Source: Candidatus Multivoradales bacterium
GTDB lineage: Bacteria > Acidobacteriota > Thermoanaerobaculia > Multivoradales > Multivoraceae
Direction: 5' to 3'
DNA: 64,000 nt
NCBI GenBank assembly: GCA_965223325.1
Contig: CBDCWI010000002.1
Location: 3,520,001-3,584,000 of the forward strand
The position numbers and the translations under genes were made by a program. Under the pieces are notes generated by a model. It saw nothing but the letters and a program-made list of their open reading frames with translations, did no database searches and was not told the origin of the DNA. Below are positions 10,701 through 21,031 of this stretch, piece by piece (the first letter of the stretch is position 1; each line of letters starts with the position of its first letter).

Positions 10701-12352
10701 TCGCGGATGGCGTCGATCGGAGGGTTGGTGACCTGCGCGAAGAGCTGCTTGAAGTAGTCGTAGACCAGGCGTGGCTGATCAGACAGACAGGCGAGTGCCG
10801 AGTCGTTGCCCATCGAGCCCAGCGGGTCGCGACGTTCACGGATGAGCGGCCGCAACATGAACTGCATGGTTTCGGTGGTGTAGCCGAAGGTGCGCATGCG
10901 TGGAATGACGGTCTCGGTGTCGAGGGTCGGGATCGGCCCGGAGGCTGGCAGCTTGCGCAGCTCGACGCGGTTCTGCTGCAGCCAGCGACCGTAGGGCTTG
11001 CGGTGGGCGAAGTCGTGCTTGACCTCTCTGTCGTCGACGATGCGACCCTCTTCGAAGTCGACCAGGAACATGCGTCCAGGCTCGAGCCGGCCTTTTGCGA
11101 CCACGCGCTCGGGGGCGACGCGTACAACGCCAACCTCAGAAGCCATGATCACCAGGTCGTCATCGGTGACGTAGTAGCGACTGGGGCGCAGGCCGTTGCG
11201 GTCGAGGATCGCACCGATCCAATGGCCGTCGGTAAAGGCGATTGAGGCTGGACCATCCCAGGGCTCCATCAGGTGCGAGTAGAAGTCGTAGAAGGCCTTC
11301 TTCTCGCGATCCATCCCATGATGGTTCTGCCATGCCTCGGGAACCATCATCATGATTGCTTCCTGGAGGGTGCGGCCCGTCATCAGCAGAAACTCGAGCA
11401 CGTTGTCGAACGATCCCGAGTCCGAGCAGTCGGGCTCGACGACCGGAAAGCACTTGTCGAGCTGGTCACCGAAGAGCTTGCTCTTTGCCACCCCCTGGCG
11501 GGCGTGCATCCAGTTCATGTTGCCGCGCACGGTGTTGATTTCGCCGTTGTGGCTCATGAAGCGGTTGGGTTGGGCGCGGTCCCAAGAGGGAAAGGTGTTG
11601 GTCGAAAAGCGCGAGTGAACCATCGCCAGGTGGCTCATGAAGTCGGCTTCGGCGAGATCGGGGAAGAACGGCACCAGTTGACCCGGGGTCAACATGCCCT
11701 TGTAGACGATCACCCGTGTCGAAAGCGAACAGGAATAGAACATCTGACCGTTCGAACCGTCGAGGCCCAGACGCCCCCGGAGGGCGGCCGACGCCTGCTT
11801 GCGAATCAGGTAGAGCCGACGCTCGAAAGCCGCCTGCGGGTCGGAGTCACCGGTCTCTTCTCCGCCGGAGCCGACGAACAGCTGTTCGATGACGGGCATG
11901 GCGGCGCGCGCCGTCGGGCCGATGTCGGCGTCGTCGGGTGCGATTGGAACCGGGCGCCAGCCGAGCAGTCGCTGACCTTCTTCCTCGATGATCCGATTCA
12001 CCTCGGTGCGCGCCTTCTCGCGCCGCGCATCGTCGGTGGGCAGAAAGATGAGGCCGGCGGCGTAGCGACCGGGCTCGGGAAGCTCGATTCCCAGATCGCT
12101 CTGTGCGACGCGGGCGAGGAAAGCATGCGGCAGTGCCGTGAGCATGCCGGCGCCGTCGCCGGTATTGGGTTCACAGCCGCAGGCGCCGCGGTGATCCATG
12201 CGCTGCAACATCACATCGGCGTCTTCGACCAGGCGGTGCGACGCCTCGCCCTTGATGTGCGCTATGAAACCCACGCCGCAGGCGTCGCGCTCGTGCACCG
12301 GGTCGTAAAGGCCGCGGGCGGAGGGGCGCTGGTTTCGGGCTTTAGGGGTCAT
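7757..12352 (-). CDS. gltB: Glutamate synthase large subunit
   Basis: DACGVGF amidotransferase Cys, [41 protein letters not shown]-terminal GXGXG domain. Confidence 0.98.
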   Translation of the reverse strand: MTPKARNQRPSARGLYDPVHERDACGVGFIAHIKGEASHRLVEDADVMLQRMDHRGACGCEPNTGDGAGMLTALPHAFLARVAQSDLGIELPEPGRYAAGLIFLPTDDARREKARTEVNRIIEEEGQRLLGWRPVPIAPDDADIGPTARAAMPVIEQLFVGSGGEETGDSDPQAAFERRLYLIRKQASAALRGRLGLDGSNGQMFYSCSLSTRVIVYKGMLTPGQLVPFFPDLAEADFMSHLAMVHSRFSTNTFPSWDRAQPNRFMSHNGEINTVRGNMNWMHARQGVAKSKLFGDQLDKCFPVVEPDCSDSGSFDNVLEFLLMTGRTLQEAIMMMVPEAWQNHHGMDREKKAFYDFYSHLMEPWDGPASIAFTDGHWIGAILDRNGLRPSRYYVTDDDLVIMASEVGVVRVAPERVVAKGRLEPGRMFLVDFEEGRIVDDREVKHDFAHRKPYGRWLQQNRVELRKLPASGPIPTLDTETVIPRMRTFGYTTETMQFMLRPLIRERRDPLGSMGNDSALACLSDQPRLVYDYFKQLFAQVTNPPIDAIREAVIMSLECPIGPEGNLCEVEGRHARRLRVPHPVLDNRELQAILQLDGEPWSSTVLDMTWDVALGPAGLEARLEELCREAEAAVDEGAGFLVLSDRAVSAERVPVPSLVACGAVHQHLLKVRKRTRSALVLESGEAREVHHHCLLVGYGADAINPYLAFEALWRGGRTGPAEPNTTDEEIVRRYRTGVKKGMLKVMGKMGISTLQSYKGAQIFEAVGLRDTVIERCFTSTASRLQGVDFEVLAEESLRRHGLGYPPLNERTSLVGNDLANNGEFHWRAGGEKHMWSPPSIALLQHAARSGERDAYFRFARAADSQSTRACTLRGLLRLSCDERPDDDYLVPLDEVEPAQDIVRRFCTGAMSFGSISAESHETLAIAMNRLGGKSNTGEGGEDPERFKTLPNGDSKRSAIKQVASGRFGVTSWYLTNADELQIKIAQGAKPGEGGELPGHKVDDVIAATRYSTPGVGLISPPPHHDIYSIEDLAQLIHDLKNANREARISVKLVSEVGVGTVAAGVAKAHAEHILISGHDGGTGASPLTSIKHAGLPWELGLAETHQTLVLNDLRSRVVLQTDGQLKTGRDVVIAAMLGAEEFGFSTAPLITLGCIMMRKCHLNTCPVGIATQDKELRRRFAGKPEHVVNYLFMVAEDARIFMARLGVRSIDELVGRVDLIDGKVAEDHWKTDGLDLGALLAPAIPHHEGVLVTHSRAQDHGLELALDHQLIERARPALEHGKKASHEIEISNTCRAVGTMLSNEVMKAHGAKGLPDGTIHFRFEGSAGQSFGAFLAPGITLELEGDANDYVGKGLSGGIVTVRPPEESPFLAEENILIGNVALYGATSGEAYFRGRAAERFAVRNSGARAVIEGIGDHGCEYMTGGRIVVLGPTGRNFAAGMSGGIAWVWDPEGRLQSNTNHDMVGLEPVAEEFLPELRRLVERHTAWTGSVLGEQLLAAWRTVLDQFVQVMPTDYRRVLEETRGKNRQAA

Positions 12353-12380
12353 GGCGGAAGTTCTCTTATCGACTCGTGGG

Positions 12381-13343
12381 TCAGACGTTGGGCGGGACAG
12401 AGGAGGTGGCGGCGAGCGGAGTCTCGGCCGCCGCAGCGGTTGCGTCGTCGGGCAGTGGGCCGGCGTGCTGCGCCAGAAAGCCCAGCAGTGCCTGGGCGCC
12501 CGGCGAGAGACTGCGACCGCGCGCCCAGACGATGCCCAGCGGGCGCAGCAGCTCGGGCTCGAGCGCCAGGGCGGCGAGCGTTCCAGCTTCGACTTCGCGC
12601 AGAACCGTGCGCTGCGGGAGAATGGCCACCTTGCCGGTTGCCGCCACGACGTTCTTCATCGTGTCGATGTTGTCGACGGCCTGCACGAGCCCCGGCGACA
12701 CCTTCTGGCTCTTGAGGTAGCGGCGCACCGAGCGCGCAACCGGAAGGTCGGCCTCGAAGCCAACCATTTCGAGACCTCCGAGCGCGCTTGCATGGAGCGA
12801 ACGCCTGGCTGCCATCGCATGCCCGGCCGAGCACACGACGCACATGCGTTCATCGCGTAGCGCGCGCACGGCAAGCCCCTTCCAGGTGCGCGGGTAGGAG
12901 ACGATGCCAAGTTCGCAGCGGCCGTCGCTGACCGCCGCGGCGACCTTCTCCGGGCGGCGATACTCCAGCACCACCTCGAGCCCAGGGTGCTGCTCCTGGA
13001 ACAAGTCACGCAGTCGCTCGAGCAAACCGATTCCAGCGGAATAGATCGCGTCGAGCCGAACGGCCCCGCGCAGCTCCATCGCCTCGGGGCTTCCAGCGCG
13101 TGCGACCTTTCGAACCAGATTGTCGTAGCGACTCACCACGTCGGCCGCCTCGCGCGCTAGAACCTCACCCGCGGCTGTCAATCCGACGGGTCGCACGCTG
13201 CGGTCGAGCAGCTGAACGCCAAACTTGGACTCGAGCTGACGAATGCGTTGAGACGCAGCAGACTGCGTGATCGAGTGCACTTCCGCGGCCCGGCTGAGGT
13301 TGCGCAGTGCCGCAACATCACAGAAAAGTCGAAGGTTCTGCAT
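12381..13343 (-). CDS. LysR-family transcriptional regulator
   Basis: N-terminal HTH NLSRAAEVHSITQSAASQRIRQLE..LLDRSVRP; LysR substrate-binding domain; 28 bp upstream of gltB. Confidence 0.93.
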   Translation of the reverse strand: MQNLRLFCDVAALRNLSRAAEVHSITQSAASQRIRQLESKFGVQLLDRSVRPVGLTAAGEVLAREAADVVSRYDNLVRKVARAGSPEAMELRGAVRLDAIYSAGIGLLERLRDLFQEQHPGLEVVLEYRRPEKVAAAVSDGRCELGIVSYPRTWKGLAVRALRDERMCVVCSAGHAMAARRSLHASALGGLEMVGFEADLPVARSVRRYLKSQKVSPGLVQAVDNIDTMKNVVAATGKVAILPQRTVLREVEAGTLAALALEPELLRPLGIVWARGRSLSPGAQALLGFLAQHAGPLPDDATAAAAETPLAATSSVPPNV

Positions 13344-13358
13344 GGGGAGCAGGACGGT

Positions 13359-13405
13359 ATCATAAGGGGCGCTAATCGAACGCGAGAGGCATAAGCGAGA
13401 CTAAT
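13359..13405 (-). promoter_or_regulatory. lysR-gltBD promoter with two LysR-type T-N11-A boxes
   Basis: ATAAG-N5-CTAAT at 13362-13376 and 13391-13405; minus-strand TATGAT at 13359-13364. Confidence 0.65.
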
Positions 13406-13459
13406 AGTTCCGGCTAGTGGCCGGCTGCGAAGACGAGCGGGGCGCCCGGTTTTCTCTCT

Positions 13460-14791
13460 TTACTGCAGGAGATGGGCGCGCAAGGCCGCCGCTTCAGGTG
13501 CCAGAGCGACGATCGTCTCGGCCTGGTCGAGCGTGCGGGCGATGGCGCGAGGTACGGGTGGCTCCTTGCCGGTGGCTTCGGCAACCGTGTCGGCGAACTT
13601 GGCCGGGTGAGCGGTCGCCAGAACCAATCCAACGGCGCCAGGCCTGGCTTCGAGGGCCCGGCGCAAACCGAGCCAGCCGACGGCGGTGTGGGGGTCGAGG
13701 ACGTAACCGGTGCGGGCCTCGACTTCGCGCATTGCGGTCAGGGTGTCGTCGTCAGTGAAGGCATGGCCCTCGAGGTCGTGTTGCAGAGGCTCGATGTCTC
13801 CGCCGTAGAGGTGTTCAATGCGCGAGAAGTTCGAGGGGTTGCCTACGTCCATGGCGTTCGAGAGCGTGCGTTCCGAAGGTCGCGGTTTGAAACGACCCGT
13901 CGTCAGATACTCCGGCACCACGTCATTGACATTGGTGGCTGCTACGAACCGATCCGCACCCAGGCCCAGTCGCTGCGCCATGAGGCCGGCGGTGAGGTTG
14001 CCGAAGTTGCCCGACGGCACGGCGATGCGCAGCGGCCGCTCCCGTAGCCCTCGTCGAGCGAGCAGCGCCCGGGCGTGGAAGTAGTAGAAGATCTGCGGCA
14101 CCAGGCGGCCGAGGTTGATCGAGTTCGCCGATGCCAGAGCCCGCTGGCCGCGCAGCTCGCGGTCGCTGAAAGCCGCCTTTACCATCCGTTGGCAGTCGTC
14201 GAACGAGCCGTCGACCTCGAGCGCCGTGACGTTCTCTCCCAGGGTTGTAAAGAGGCGCCTCTGTGCCTCGCTGACCTGGCCTCGTGGGTAGAGCACTCGC
14301 ACTTCGAAACCCGGTTGGCGCCAGAACGCCTGGGCAACTGCGCTTCCCGTGTCACCGCTGGTGGCCGCCAGAATGCACATCGGTGCTCCCGGTTGGAGTA
14401 GACCTGCTGCCTCCGGTGACTGGTTGATGAAGTGCTTCATCAGCTCCGCCAGAAAGCGCGCCCCGACGTCCTTGAAGGCCAGCGTTGGTCCGTGAAAGAG
14501 CTCGAGAGTGAACTGGTCGTCTTCGATCTCGACCAGCGGCACGTCGAAGTCGAGGGCGGCTGGCAGCATCTGCACCAGAACGTCGTCAGAGAGAGCACCG
14601 CCGAAAAGATGACGAGCGATGCGCAGGCCAATCTGTGGCAGCGAAAGCGAATCGAGCTCTTCGGCCATCGACGGCGCCAACGGCTGGATCGCGTCAAAGG
14701 TCCACAGGCCCCCGTCGGGCGCCAGGCCGGAGAAGATCGCTTCGGCCAGGCCAACCGGCTCTGAGCCGCCGTTGGTCGAAACCAGCTTCAT
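13460..14791 (-). CDS. thrC: Threonine synthase
   Basis: GLAPDGGL, ELFHGPTLAFKDVG, ATSGDTG, SANSINLGR, VPSGNFGN, TAHPAKF. Confidence 0.97.
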   Translation of the reverse strand: MKLVSTNGGSEPVGLAEAIFSGLAPDGGLWTFDAIQPLAPSMAEELDSLSLPQIGLRIARHLFGGALSDDVLVQMLPAALDFDVPLVEIEDDQFTLELFHGPTLAFKDVGARFLAELMKHFINQSPEAAGLLQPGAPMCILAATSGDTGSAVAQAFWRQPGFEVRVLYPRGQVSEAQRRLFTTLGENVTALEVDGSFDDCQRMVKAAFSDRELRGQRALASANSINLGRLVPQIFYYFHARALLARRGLRERPLRIAVPSGNFGNLTAGLMAQRLGLGADRFVAATNVNDVVPEYLTTGRFKPRPSERTLSNAMDVGNPSNFSRIEHLYGGDIEPLQHDLEGHAFTDDDTLTAMREVEARTGYVLDPHTAVGWLGLRRALEARPGAVGLVLATAHPAKFADTVAEATGKEPPVPRAIARTLDQAETIVALAPEAAALRAHLLQ

Positions 14792-15777
14792 GCCGATGCG
14801 GTAGCGGCAACCGGTTCGTCGTCGTTGCCGCTACCTTCGAGAATGTAGGCACCGCGCGAACCAACCGGCGAGACCCAGGAATCGACGCCTCGCCCAGTGG
14901 ACTCGAAGGCGTCGACCATCGCGGCTCTAACCGCGGCGCCGGTCGCCTCGTCGCGGCAAATCGCAAACAGCGCCGGACCACTTCCCGACAGCGAACAGCC
15001 GAGCGCACCATTTCCTATCGCGGCCTCGCGTGCAGGCTGAAAGCCCGGCACCAGATCACGTCGAACAGGCTCGGCGATGGCGTCGTGAAGCGACCGTGAA
15101 AGTAGCTCCATGTCCGAGCGAAAGAGGGCCGCCACCAGCGCTGCGGTATTCGCCCACTGGGTCACCGCCGACGCCAGGGGCACGCGATCGCCGAGGAGCG
15201 CGCGCGCGGAATGAGTTTCCACGGCGATCGAGGGGCGAACTACCGCGGCGGTCAAGCCGGCTGGCACCGGCAGCGCGACAATGTCGGGCCGAGGGCGCAG
15301 GGCCCGCACCAGGACGAACCCGCCGTAGAGCGACGGCGCAAGGTTGTCGCCGTGCTCGCCACCACTGGCGAGTACCTCGCCCTCGAGCGCCGAGAGCAAC
15401 AGTTCTTCTCGAGGGAGCTCTGTCTCGAGCAAGGCGTCGACGGCGATCGCTGCGGCGACGGCGCTCGCAGCGCTCGACCCCAGCCCACTGGCGAGCGGCA
15501 TGCGCTTGTTGATGTGAAGCGCAACGCCCGAAGATGAACCGGAGCGTTCGAGCACCGCCTGCGCGGCCAGGCCCGCGGTGTTGCGGTCGGCCTCTCGCGG
15601 GAGCGCGCCACCGTCTCCTTCGATCGCGACGATCGTGACGCCCGCCGTTTCGGCAAAGGACGCCTCGACCTCGTCACCGGGACCCTCGATGGCAAACCCG
15701 AAGGCGTCGAAGCCACAGGCGACGTTCGAAACCGAGGCCGGTGCGAAAGCACGAAAGGAATCGCGGGGGGTGCTCAT
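14788..15777 (-). CDS. thrB: Homoserine kinase
   Basis: APASVSNVACGFD, PLASGLGSSAAS (GHMP), HGDN, LSGSGP. Confidence 0.95.
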   Translation of the reverse strand: MSTPRDSFRAFAPASVSNVACGFDAFGFAIEGPGDEVEASFAETAGVTIVAIEGDGGALPREADRNTAGLAAQAVLERSGSSSGVALHINKRMPLASGLGSSAASAVAAAIAVDALLETELPREELLLSALEGEVLASGGEHGDNLAPSLYGGFVLVRALRPRPDIVALPVPAGLTAAVVRPSIAVETHSARALLGDRVPLASAVTQWANTAALVAALFRSDMELLSRSLHDAIAEPVRRDLVPGFQPAREAAIGNGALGCSLSGSGPALFAICRDEATGAAVRAAMVDAFESTGRGVDSWVSPVGSRGAYILEGSGNDDEPVAATASA

Positions 15778-16943
15778 GTCGGGGTCGCTTCACGAACCGC
15801 GCCAAGCCCGACCTCGCCTAGAACACCGCGGGCGACAGCCAATTCGGCGGCGAGCAGCGCGCCGCCGGCGGCGCCGCGCAGGGTGTTGTGCGAAAGGGTG
15901 ACGTAGCGGAAGTCGAGAAGCGGGCAGGCGCGCAGGCGCCCGACCGAAGCCGCCATGCCGCCCTCGAGCTCGCGATGCAGTCGCGGCTGGGGTGCGGCCA
16001 GTTCGTTGAGCACATGAACCGGTTGGCGAGGGGCCGAAGGCAGCGCGAGCTCTTGCGGCAAGGCGTGAAACTCCTCCCAGGCCCTGCGCACGTCGTCGGC
16101 CGAGGCCTTGGTGCCAAGCGCGAGCGAGACGCAAAGGGTATGACCGTCGATCACCGGAACGCGGTTACATTGGGCGCTGATCGTGGCGCCGTGCGGTTCG
16201 ATCCCGCTGGCTGTGAGGGTGCCGAGGATCTTGTGCGGCTCCATCTCGAGCTTCTCCTCCTCGCCACCGATGTATGGCACGACGTTGTCGGCGATGCGGT
16301 AGCTCGCGACACCGGGTAGGCCGGCGCCCGAGATCGCCTGGAGCGAGACCACCGATACCGCCTTCACGCCAAACGCGTGCACCAGTGGCGCGAGCGTCAG
16401 AACAAGCCCGATGGACGCACAGTTGGGGTTGGTGACGATCGCACCGCCGGTCTTCTGCGCCTGCCGGCTGGCGAGCTCGAGGTGGTCGGGGTTGACCTCG
16501 GGAACGAGCAGGGGAACCTCGGGTGCCATGCGATGGGAGCGGGCATTCGACACCACGAGGTGGCCGCGCGCCGCCAGCGCCGCTTCGATGGGACCGGCGA
16601 CCGAAGCGTCGAGCGCCGAAAGCACCAGCGGACAATGGTCGATGTTCTCGCCCTCGCCGAGGCTGCTCGCCTGTGCCTCGGCGACGGTTTTTTCGGCGGC
16701 TGCGACGGGAATCGGAGCGTCTTGAATCCAGTCGACTGCCTCACGGTAGGGCTTGCCCGCCGAGCGCGCCGAAGCCAGGAGGGCCTCGGCCCGAAACCAG
16801 GGATGGTCTTCGAGCAGCCGAATAAAGCGCTGGCCTACCGTTCCGGTTGCACCGAGGACGGCCACCGGGATTCTCCCTGCTGCATCTCCCGGGGCGGCGA
16901 GGTGCCCGTACCCGAGGGACTCGAGGCTCGGAGGGGTACTCAT
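15774..16943 (-). CDS. asd: Aspartate-semialdehyde dehydrogenase (archaeal/eukaryotic-type clade)
   Basis: GATGTVGQRFIRLLEDHPWF, NPNC, QAISGAG, CNRVPVIDGH, HNTLRGAAG. Confidence 0.95.
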   Translation of the reverse strand: MSTPPSLESLGYGHLAAPGDAAGRIPVAVLGATGTVGQRFIRLLEDHPWFRAEALLASARSAGKPYREAVDWIQDAPIPVAAAEKTVAEAQASSLGEGENIDHCPLVLSALDASVAGPIEAALAARGHLVVSNARSHRMAPEVPLLVPEVNPDHLELASRQAQKTGGAIVTNPNCASIGLVLTLAPLVHAFGVKAVSVVSLQAISGAGLPGVASYRIADNVVPYIGGEEEKLEMEPHKILGTLTASGIEPHGATISAQCNRVPVIDGHTLCVSLALGTKASADDVRRAWEEFHALPQELALPSAPRQPVHVLNELAAPQPRLHRELEGGMAASVGRLRACPLLDFRYVTLSHNTLRGAAGGALLAAELAVARGVLGEVGLGAVREATPT

Positions 16944-17023
16944 CGCCTGCTACTCCAACGTACTTGTTCTGGGACTTGCTCCGTTGCGAAGGCAGGGTCG
17001 CCTTCGGTTGGGATCGCCGGGCG

Positions 17024-19567
17024 CTAGGCCTGAGAGGCCCACGGGCCCTCGACGAGCGGGTCGCGCACCGACTCCGCGTGGGCGCGGAGAATATCAGCGA
17101 ACAGGCCTCCGGCGGTGACTTCACGCCCAGCGCCGGGCCCGATCACCACCAGCGGGCGGCTGTTGTAGAAGCGCGAAGTGAAGATAAAGACGTTGTCGGT
17201 ACCGTCGAGGTTGGCGGCCGGGTGACCCGGTTCCACCTCGCGCCAGCCGACGGAACCCGCCGTCTTTCCGTCCTCGGCCACCGACAAGGTCGCCAGGTAG
17301 ACCGGGACCCGCCCGTTCGAGCGCGCTGTCTCGATCCGTGCTGCCATAGCCTCATCCTGCTCGGGCAAGCGCTTCCAGAAGTCCGCCAGAGAGAGCCCGT
17401 CGAGGGCCGGGTCACAGAGCGCCTCGACCTCGAGATCTCCCAGTTCGAGCGCCGGCGCATCGCTCTCGCCGAGCGGCCGGAGGTCGCGCGCTAGGACCAA
17501 CAGCTTGCGCGCCACATCCATGCCCGAGAGATCCTCGCGCGGGTCGGGCTCGGTGTAGCCGAGCTCGTGCGCCTTCTTGACCACTGAGCTCCAGGACTGG
17601 CCGGTGCGTATCGCCCCGAAAACGTAACCGAGGGTTCCAGAGAACACGCCTTCGATGCGCTCGACGCCATCTGCGGCGCGTACCATGCCTTGCAGGGTCC
17701 GCACGACCGGAAGGCCCGCTCCGACCGTCGCCTCGTAGTAGAGCCCCCGACCATCGGCTGGCGCCCTTTTTCGCGGATCGTTCTCGATGGGGCCAGCAAA
17801 CGGTCGCTTGTTGGCGGTCACTACCGAACAGTGTCCTTCGAGCAATCGCCTATAGAGGGCAGGTACCGCATCGCTGGCGGTGCAGTCGACTAGCGCCCTC
17901 GGGCCCACCTGCCGTTCCAGGAACCTGCTGACGGTCGAAAGGTCTGCCGCCTCGCCCGAACTCTCGAGCCACGACCGCCAGTCGCCGTCAGGAGGGCCCG
18001 CAATGCCGTCAGCATCGAGGCGCATGAAACGTGAGCTCACCACTCCGGAGAGGCGGACATCGATGCCTCGCTCTTTCGCCAGGCGCCTCTTGGTTTCCTC
18101 GAGCTGGTCGAGGAAGGCTCCGCCGACTCCGCCGACCCCGGCCACCACCACCTTGAGTGTCCGGTCGTGCCAGCGGAAAAACGAGTCGTGAATCGCCTGC
18201 AGCGCTTCGACCTCGTCGTCTCGGGCAAGCGCGATGGAGATGTTGCGTTCCGAGGAGCCCTGCGCGATGGCGTGCACCGAGATGCCGCGCCGGCCGAGCA
18301 AGCGAAAGAGGCGCCCCGAAATGCCGGCACGGTGACGCATGCCCTCGCCGACGACGGCAACCACGCACTGGTCGTCTTCGATCACCAGTGGCTTGACGGT
18401 TCCAGCGGCGATCTCAGACGCGAATCGTGTGTTGACGGCGTCTGCTGCGCAAGCCGCTGAGGCGGGATCGATCGCGACGCAAATCGAGTGCTCACTCGAG
18501 GCCTGCGAAATCAAGATGACGTTGGTGTCGCAGCCGGCGAGCGCTTCGAACATCCGCGCGGCAACGCCAGGGACTCCGATCATGCCCGGGCCTTCGAGGC
18601 GCAGAAGCGTCACTTCGTTGATCGACGCGATGCCGGTGATCGGCCTTTCGTCGAACGATCTGTCATCGCCGACCGAGCTCACCCGTGTGCCTGGGAACGA
18701 CGGGTTCAAGGTGTTCTTGATCAACAGCGGAATGCCACGATCCCTTGCCGGCTGAACCGCCGCCGGAAAAACGACCTTGGCGCCGAAGTGTGAGAGCTCC
18801 ATCAGCTCTTCGTAGCGCAACCGCTCGAGCGAAAAGGCGTCGGGCACAACCCGTGGATCGGCACTCATGACGCCGTCGACATCGGTCCAGATTTCGACTA
18901 CCGAGGCGTCGAGCGCCGCACCCACCAGCGCCGCGGTGTAGTCGGAGCCCGAGCGGCCGAGAGTCGTGGTTTTGCCATCGGGACCCGAAGCGATGAAGCC
19001 GGTAACGACCTGGGTGGCGGTGCGTTCTTCGAACCAGGCGCGAGTCAGGCGACGGGTCTCGTCAAGGTCGACGTAGGCGTGACCGTGTCGATCGTCGGTG
19101 CGAATGAACTGTCGCGCATCGGCATCCTCGGCAGCCACCTCCAGCTTTCTCAGCGCGCCAGCCATGATCATCGACGACAACCGTTCGCCTACGCTCACCA
19201 CGCGGTCGCGACTACGCGGTGAGCACTCGCCCACCAAGGCGATGCCCGAAAGCAGCTCGCGAAGGTCGGCCAGGACGGCATCGAAGCGGGCCTCGAGCTC
19301 TCTGACCTCGGATGCTCTGGCGGCGACCGTTGCCGCCTCCCGATGGCGAAGGGCAATCGCATCGACGGCAGCTCCGACTACTGGCTCGGCAGAGGACCCC
19401 TGGCAGGCCGTGTCGGCCGCCGCTAGCAGGTCGTCAGTAGTACCTCCCAGGGCCGAGACCACGACAACGATCGGCCCGGCCGCGACCGCCTCGGCGGCAA
19501 TTCCCGCTGCTCTCTCAATACGCTCTCCGTCACCGAGAGAGCTGCCGCCGAACTTGATCACGCGCAT
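17024..19567 (-). CDS. thrA: Bifunctional aspartokinase / homoserine dehydrogenase
   Basis: MRVIKFGGSS, TLGRSGSDYTA, WTDVDG, two ACT domains, EATVGAGLP, GYTEPDPREDLSG, GPGAG. Confidence 0.96.
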   Translation of the reverse strand: MRVIKFGGSSLGDGERIERAAGIAAEAVAAGPIVVVVSALGGTTDDLLAAADTACQGSSAEPVVGAAVDAIALRHREAATVAARASEVRELEARFDAVLADLRELLSGIALVGECSPRSRDRVVSVGERLSSMIMAGALRKLEVAAEDADARQFIRTDDRHGHAYVDLDETRRLTRAWFEERTATQVVTGFIASGPDGKTTTLGRSGSDYTAALVGAALDASVVEIWTDVDGVMSADPRVVPDAFSLERLRYEELMELSHFGAKVVFPAAVQPARDRGIPLLIKNTLNPSFPGTRVSSVGDDRSFDERPITGIASINEVTLLRLEGPGMIGVPGVAARMFEALAGCDTNVILISQASSEHSICVAIDPASAACAADAVNTRFASEIAAGTVKPLVIEDDQCVVAVVGEGMRHRAGISGRLFRLLGRRGISVHAIAQGSSERNISIALARDDEVEALQAIHDSFFRWHDRTLKVVVAGVGGVGGAFLDQLEETKRRLAKERGIDVRLSGVVSSRFMRLDADGIAGPPDGDWRSWLESSGEAADLSTVSRFLERQVGPRALVDCTASDAVPALYRRLLEGHCSVVTANKRPFAGPIENDPRKRAPADGRGLYYEATVGAGLPVVRTLQGMVRAADGVERIEGVFSGTLGYVFGAIRTGQSWSSVVKKAHELGYTEPDPREDLSGMDVARKLLVLARDLRPLGESDAPALELGDLEVEALCDPALDGLSLADFWKRLPEQDEAMAARIETARSNGRVPVYLATLSVAEDGKTAGSVGWREVEPGHPAANLDGTDNVFIFTSRFYNSRPLVVIGPGAGREVTAGGLFADILRAHAESVRDPLVEGPWASQA

Positions 19568-19744
19568 GTCGAAGTCTCGCCCCGAAGTGTTCGGGAAGGG
19601 AACGCGGATCATTCCACAACTGTCGCTGTGGTGTCGTTCTCCCTTCCGAAGCCCTTCACCGGCTTGACCAAGAGGTCATCCGTCGCGAGGGGCTTTGTGA
19701 GGAGGCCCTTCGTGCGCTTCCAGGGCTCTTCCGTCGAAAGCCTC

Positions 19745-20413
19745 TCAGGGCTCGGGAACGGCGGTCGGCTCGTGCATGGCGTCCATGCCGCGGGCAACAA
19801 ACTCATTGACCTTCTGGGCGTGGGCCTGGATGAGCTTCACCACGTAGGGGTCGTCAGAGGTTTCGGTGACTCGAACTCCGTCTTCGAGAAGTTCCGTCTT
19901 CACGACGATCTTGTCGGCGTGGTTGAAGATCTCGACGAACAGGGGGTCCCAGTGGCGGATACTGCCACCGTTCTCGACTAGCGCGACCATCTGCCCGACA
20001 TGGGTTTGGAGGGTTTCGACGAGCTCCGGTTCGTCGGTTGTGGTGACCGCGATGATGCCGTATTCAATGTTCTCCACCGCGCGGTGGATCGAACGATGGT
20101 TATCCATCAGGCCATGGATGTTGCCCATGAGCGCCCGATGGTCGCCGCCTCTGCGCCCGTGCTCGCCCTGGCCCTTCCGGTGGCCTCTTCCCGTACGGCC
20201 CTCGCCGTGCTTCGCACCGTCGGCGTTCCTATGAGGGCACTCCATTCCGCCCTTTTCGCCGGCGCTGTCCCTCATCATCGGACAGCCTGCGTGCTCCCCT
20301 TCTGCCTTGGCACCATGAGCGTGGCCCTCCTGAGCTACAGCCGGCGCCAGGAGCCCGGAGAACAGGATGAGGATGCTGGTGATCGCAAGCCTGGTTCGGT
20401 TTTCATAAGTCAT
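19745..20413 (-). CDS. Secreted His/Gly/Met-rich hypothetical protein, possibly metal-binding
   Basis: Signal peptide (..APAVA-QE), HAHG, CPMM and CPH motifs, then a globular region with two similar segments (TTDEPELVETLQTH / TSDDPYVVKLIQAH). Confidence 0.75.
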   Translation of the reverse strand: MTYENRTRLAITSILILFSGLLAPAVAQEGHAHGAKAEGEHAGCPMMRDSAGEKGGMECPHRNADGAKHGEGRTGRGHRKGQGEHGRRGGDHRALMGNIHGLMDNHRSIHRAVENIEYGIIAVTTTDEPELVETLQTHVGQMVALVENGGSIRHWDPLFVEIFNHADKIVVKTELLEDGVRVTETSDDPYVVKLIQAHAQKVNEFVARGMDAMHEPTAVPEP

Positions 20414-20464
20414 GAGGTTCTGCTTCCCTGGAATGTTGAGCGGGTGGGCTTCTGGGCGCGAGGC

Positions 20465-20896
20465 TCAGGCGGCCGAAACGGTTTCGACGACTTCGAGAAG
20501 AGATGCGCGGACCTCGCGGCCGACTTCGGCGAGCTCGGTGTTGTCGAGCATCTCCATGACCGGCTGAGGGTTCATGGCGCGCACCATGGTCTTGCCGTCT
20601 TCGACCGAAAGGGTGACGTTGCAGGGCAGAAAGACACCGACCGAAGGGGCCGCTCCGATCGCCTTGTAGGCCGACGGAGGGTGGCACGCGCCGAGGATGA
20701 CGTAGGGCTCCATCTCGACGTCCAGCTTCTTACGAAGCGTTGCCTGGATGTCGATCTCGGTGAGAACTCCGAAACCGCGTTCTGCCAGCGCCTTGCGTGC
20801 AGCGGCAACGGCGTCGCCGAAAGGTAGAGCACTCTCGGCTTCGAGGGCCACCATCGATTCCTTGATCTGGGGTGTGGCTGTTTGGCGATCGGCCAT
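20465..20896 (-). CDS. DUF302-family protein
   Basis: GFGVLTEIDIQATLRKKL, YVILGACHP, FLPCNV. Confidence 0.9.
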   Translation of the reverse strand: MADRQTATPQIKESMVALEAESALPFGDAVAAARKALAERGFGVLTEIDIQATLRKKLDVEMEPYVILGACHPPSAYKAIGAAPSVGVFLPCNVTLSVEDGKTMVRAMNPQPVMEMLDNTELAEVGREVRASLLEVVETVSAA

Positions 20897-21031
20897 GGTC
20901 GTAAGATCCCTTCGCTTCGGTGGATTGGAGAGACGCGAGTCGAGTCCCGTTCAAGAGATGCAGGAACGGCGCGATTGGTCACAACCTCAGCAGCCAAACG
21001 GGCAGCGCCCGACCCCCCGATTCGATTCGTC

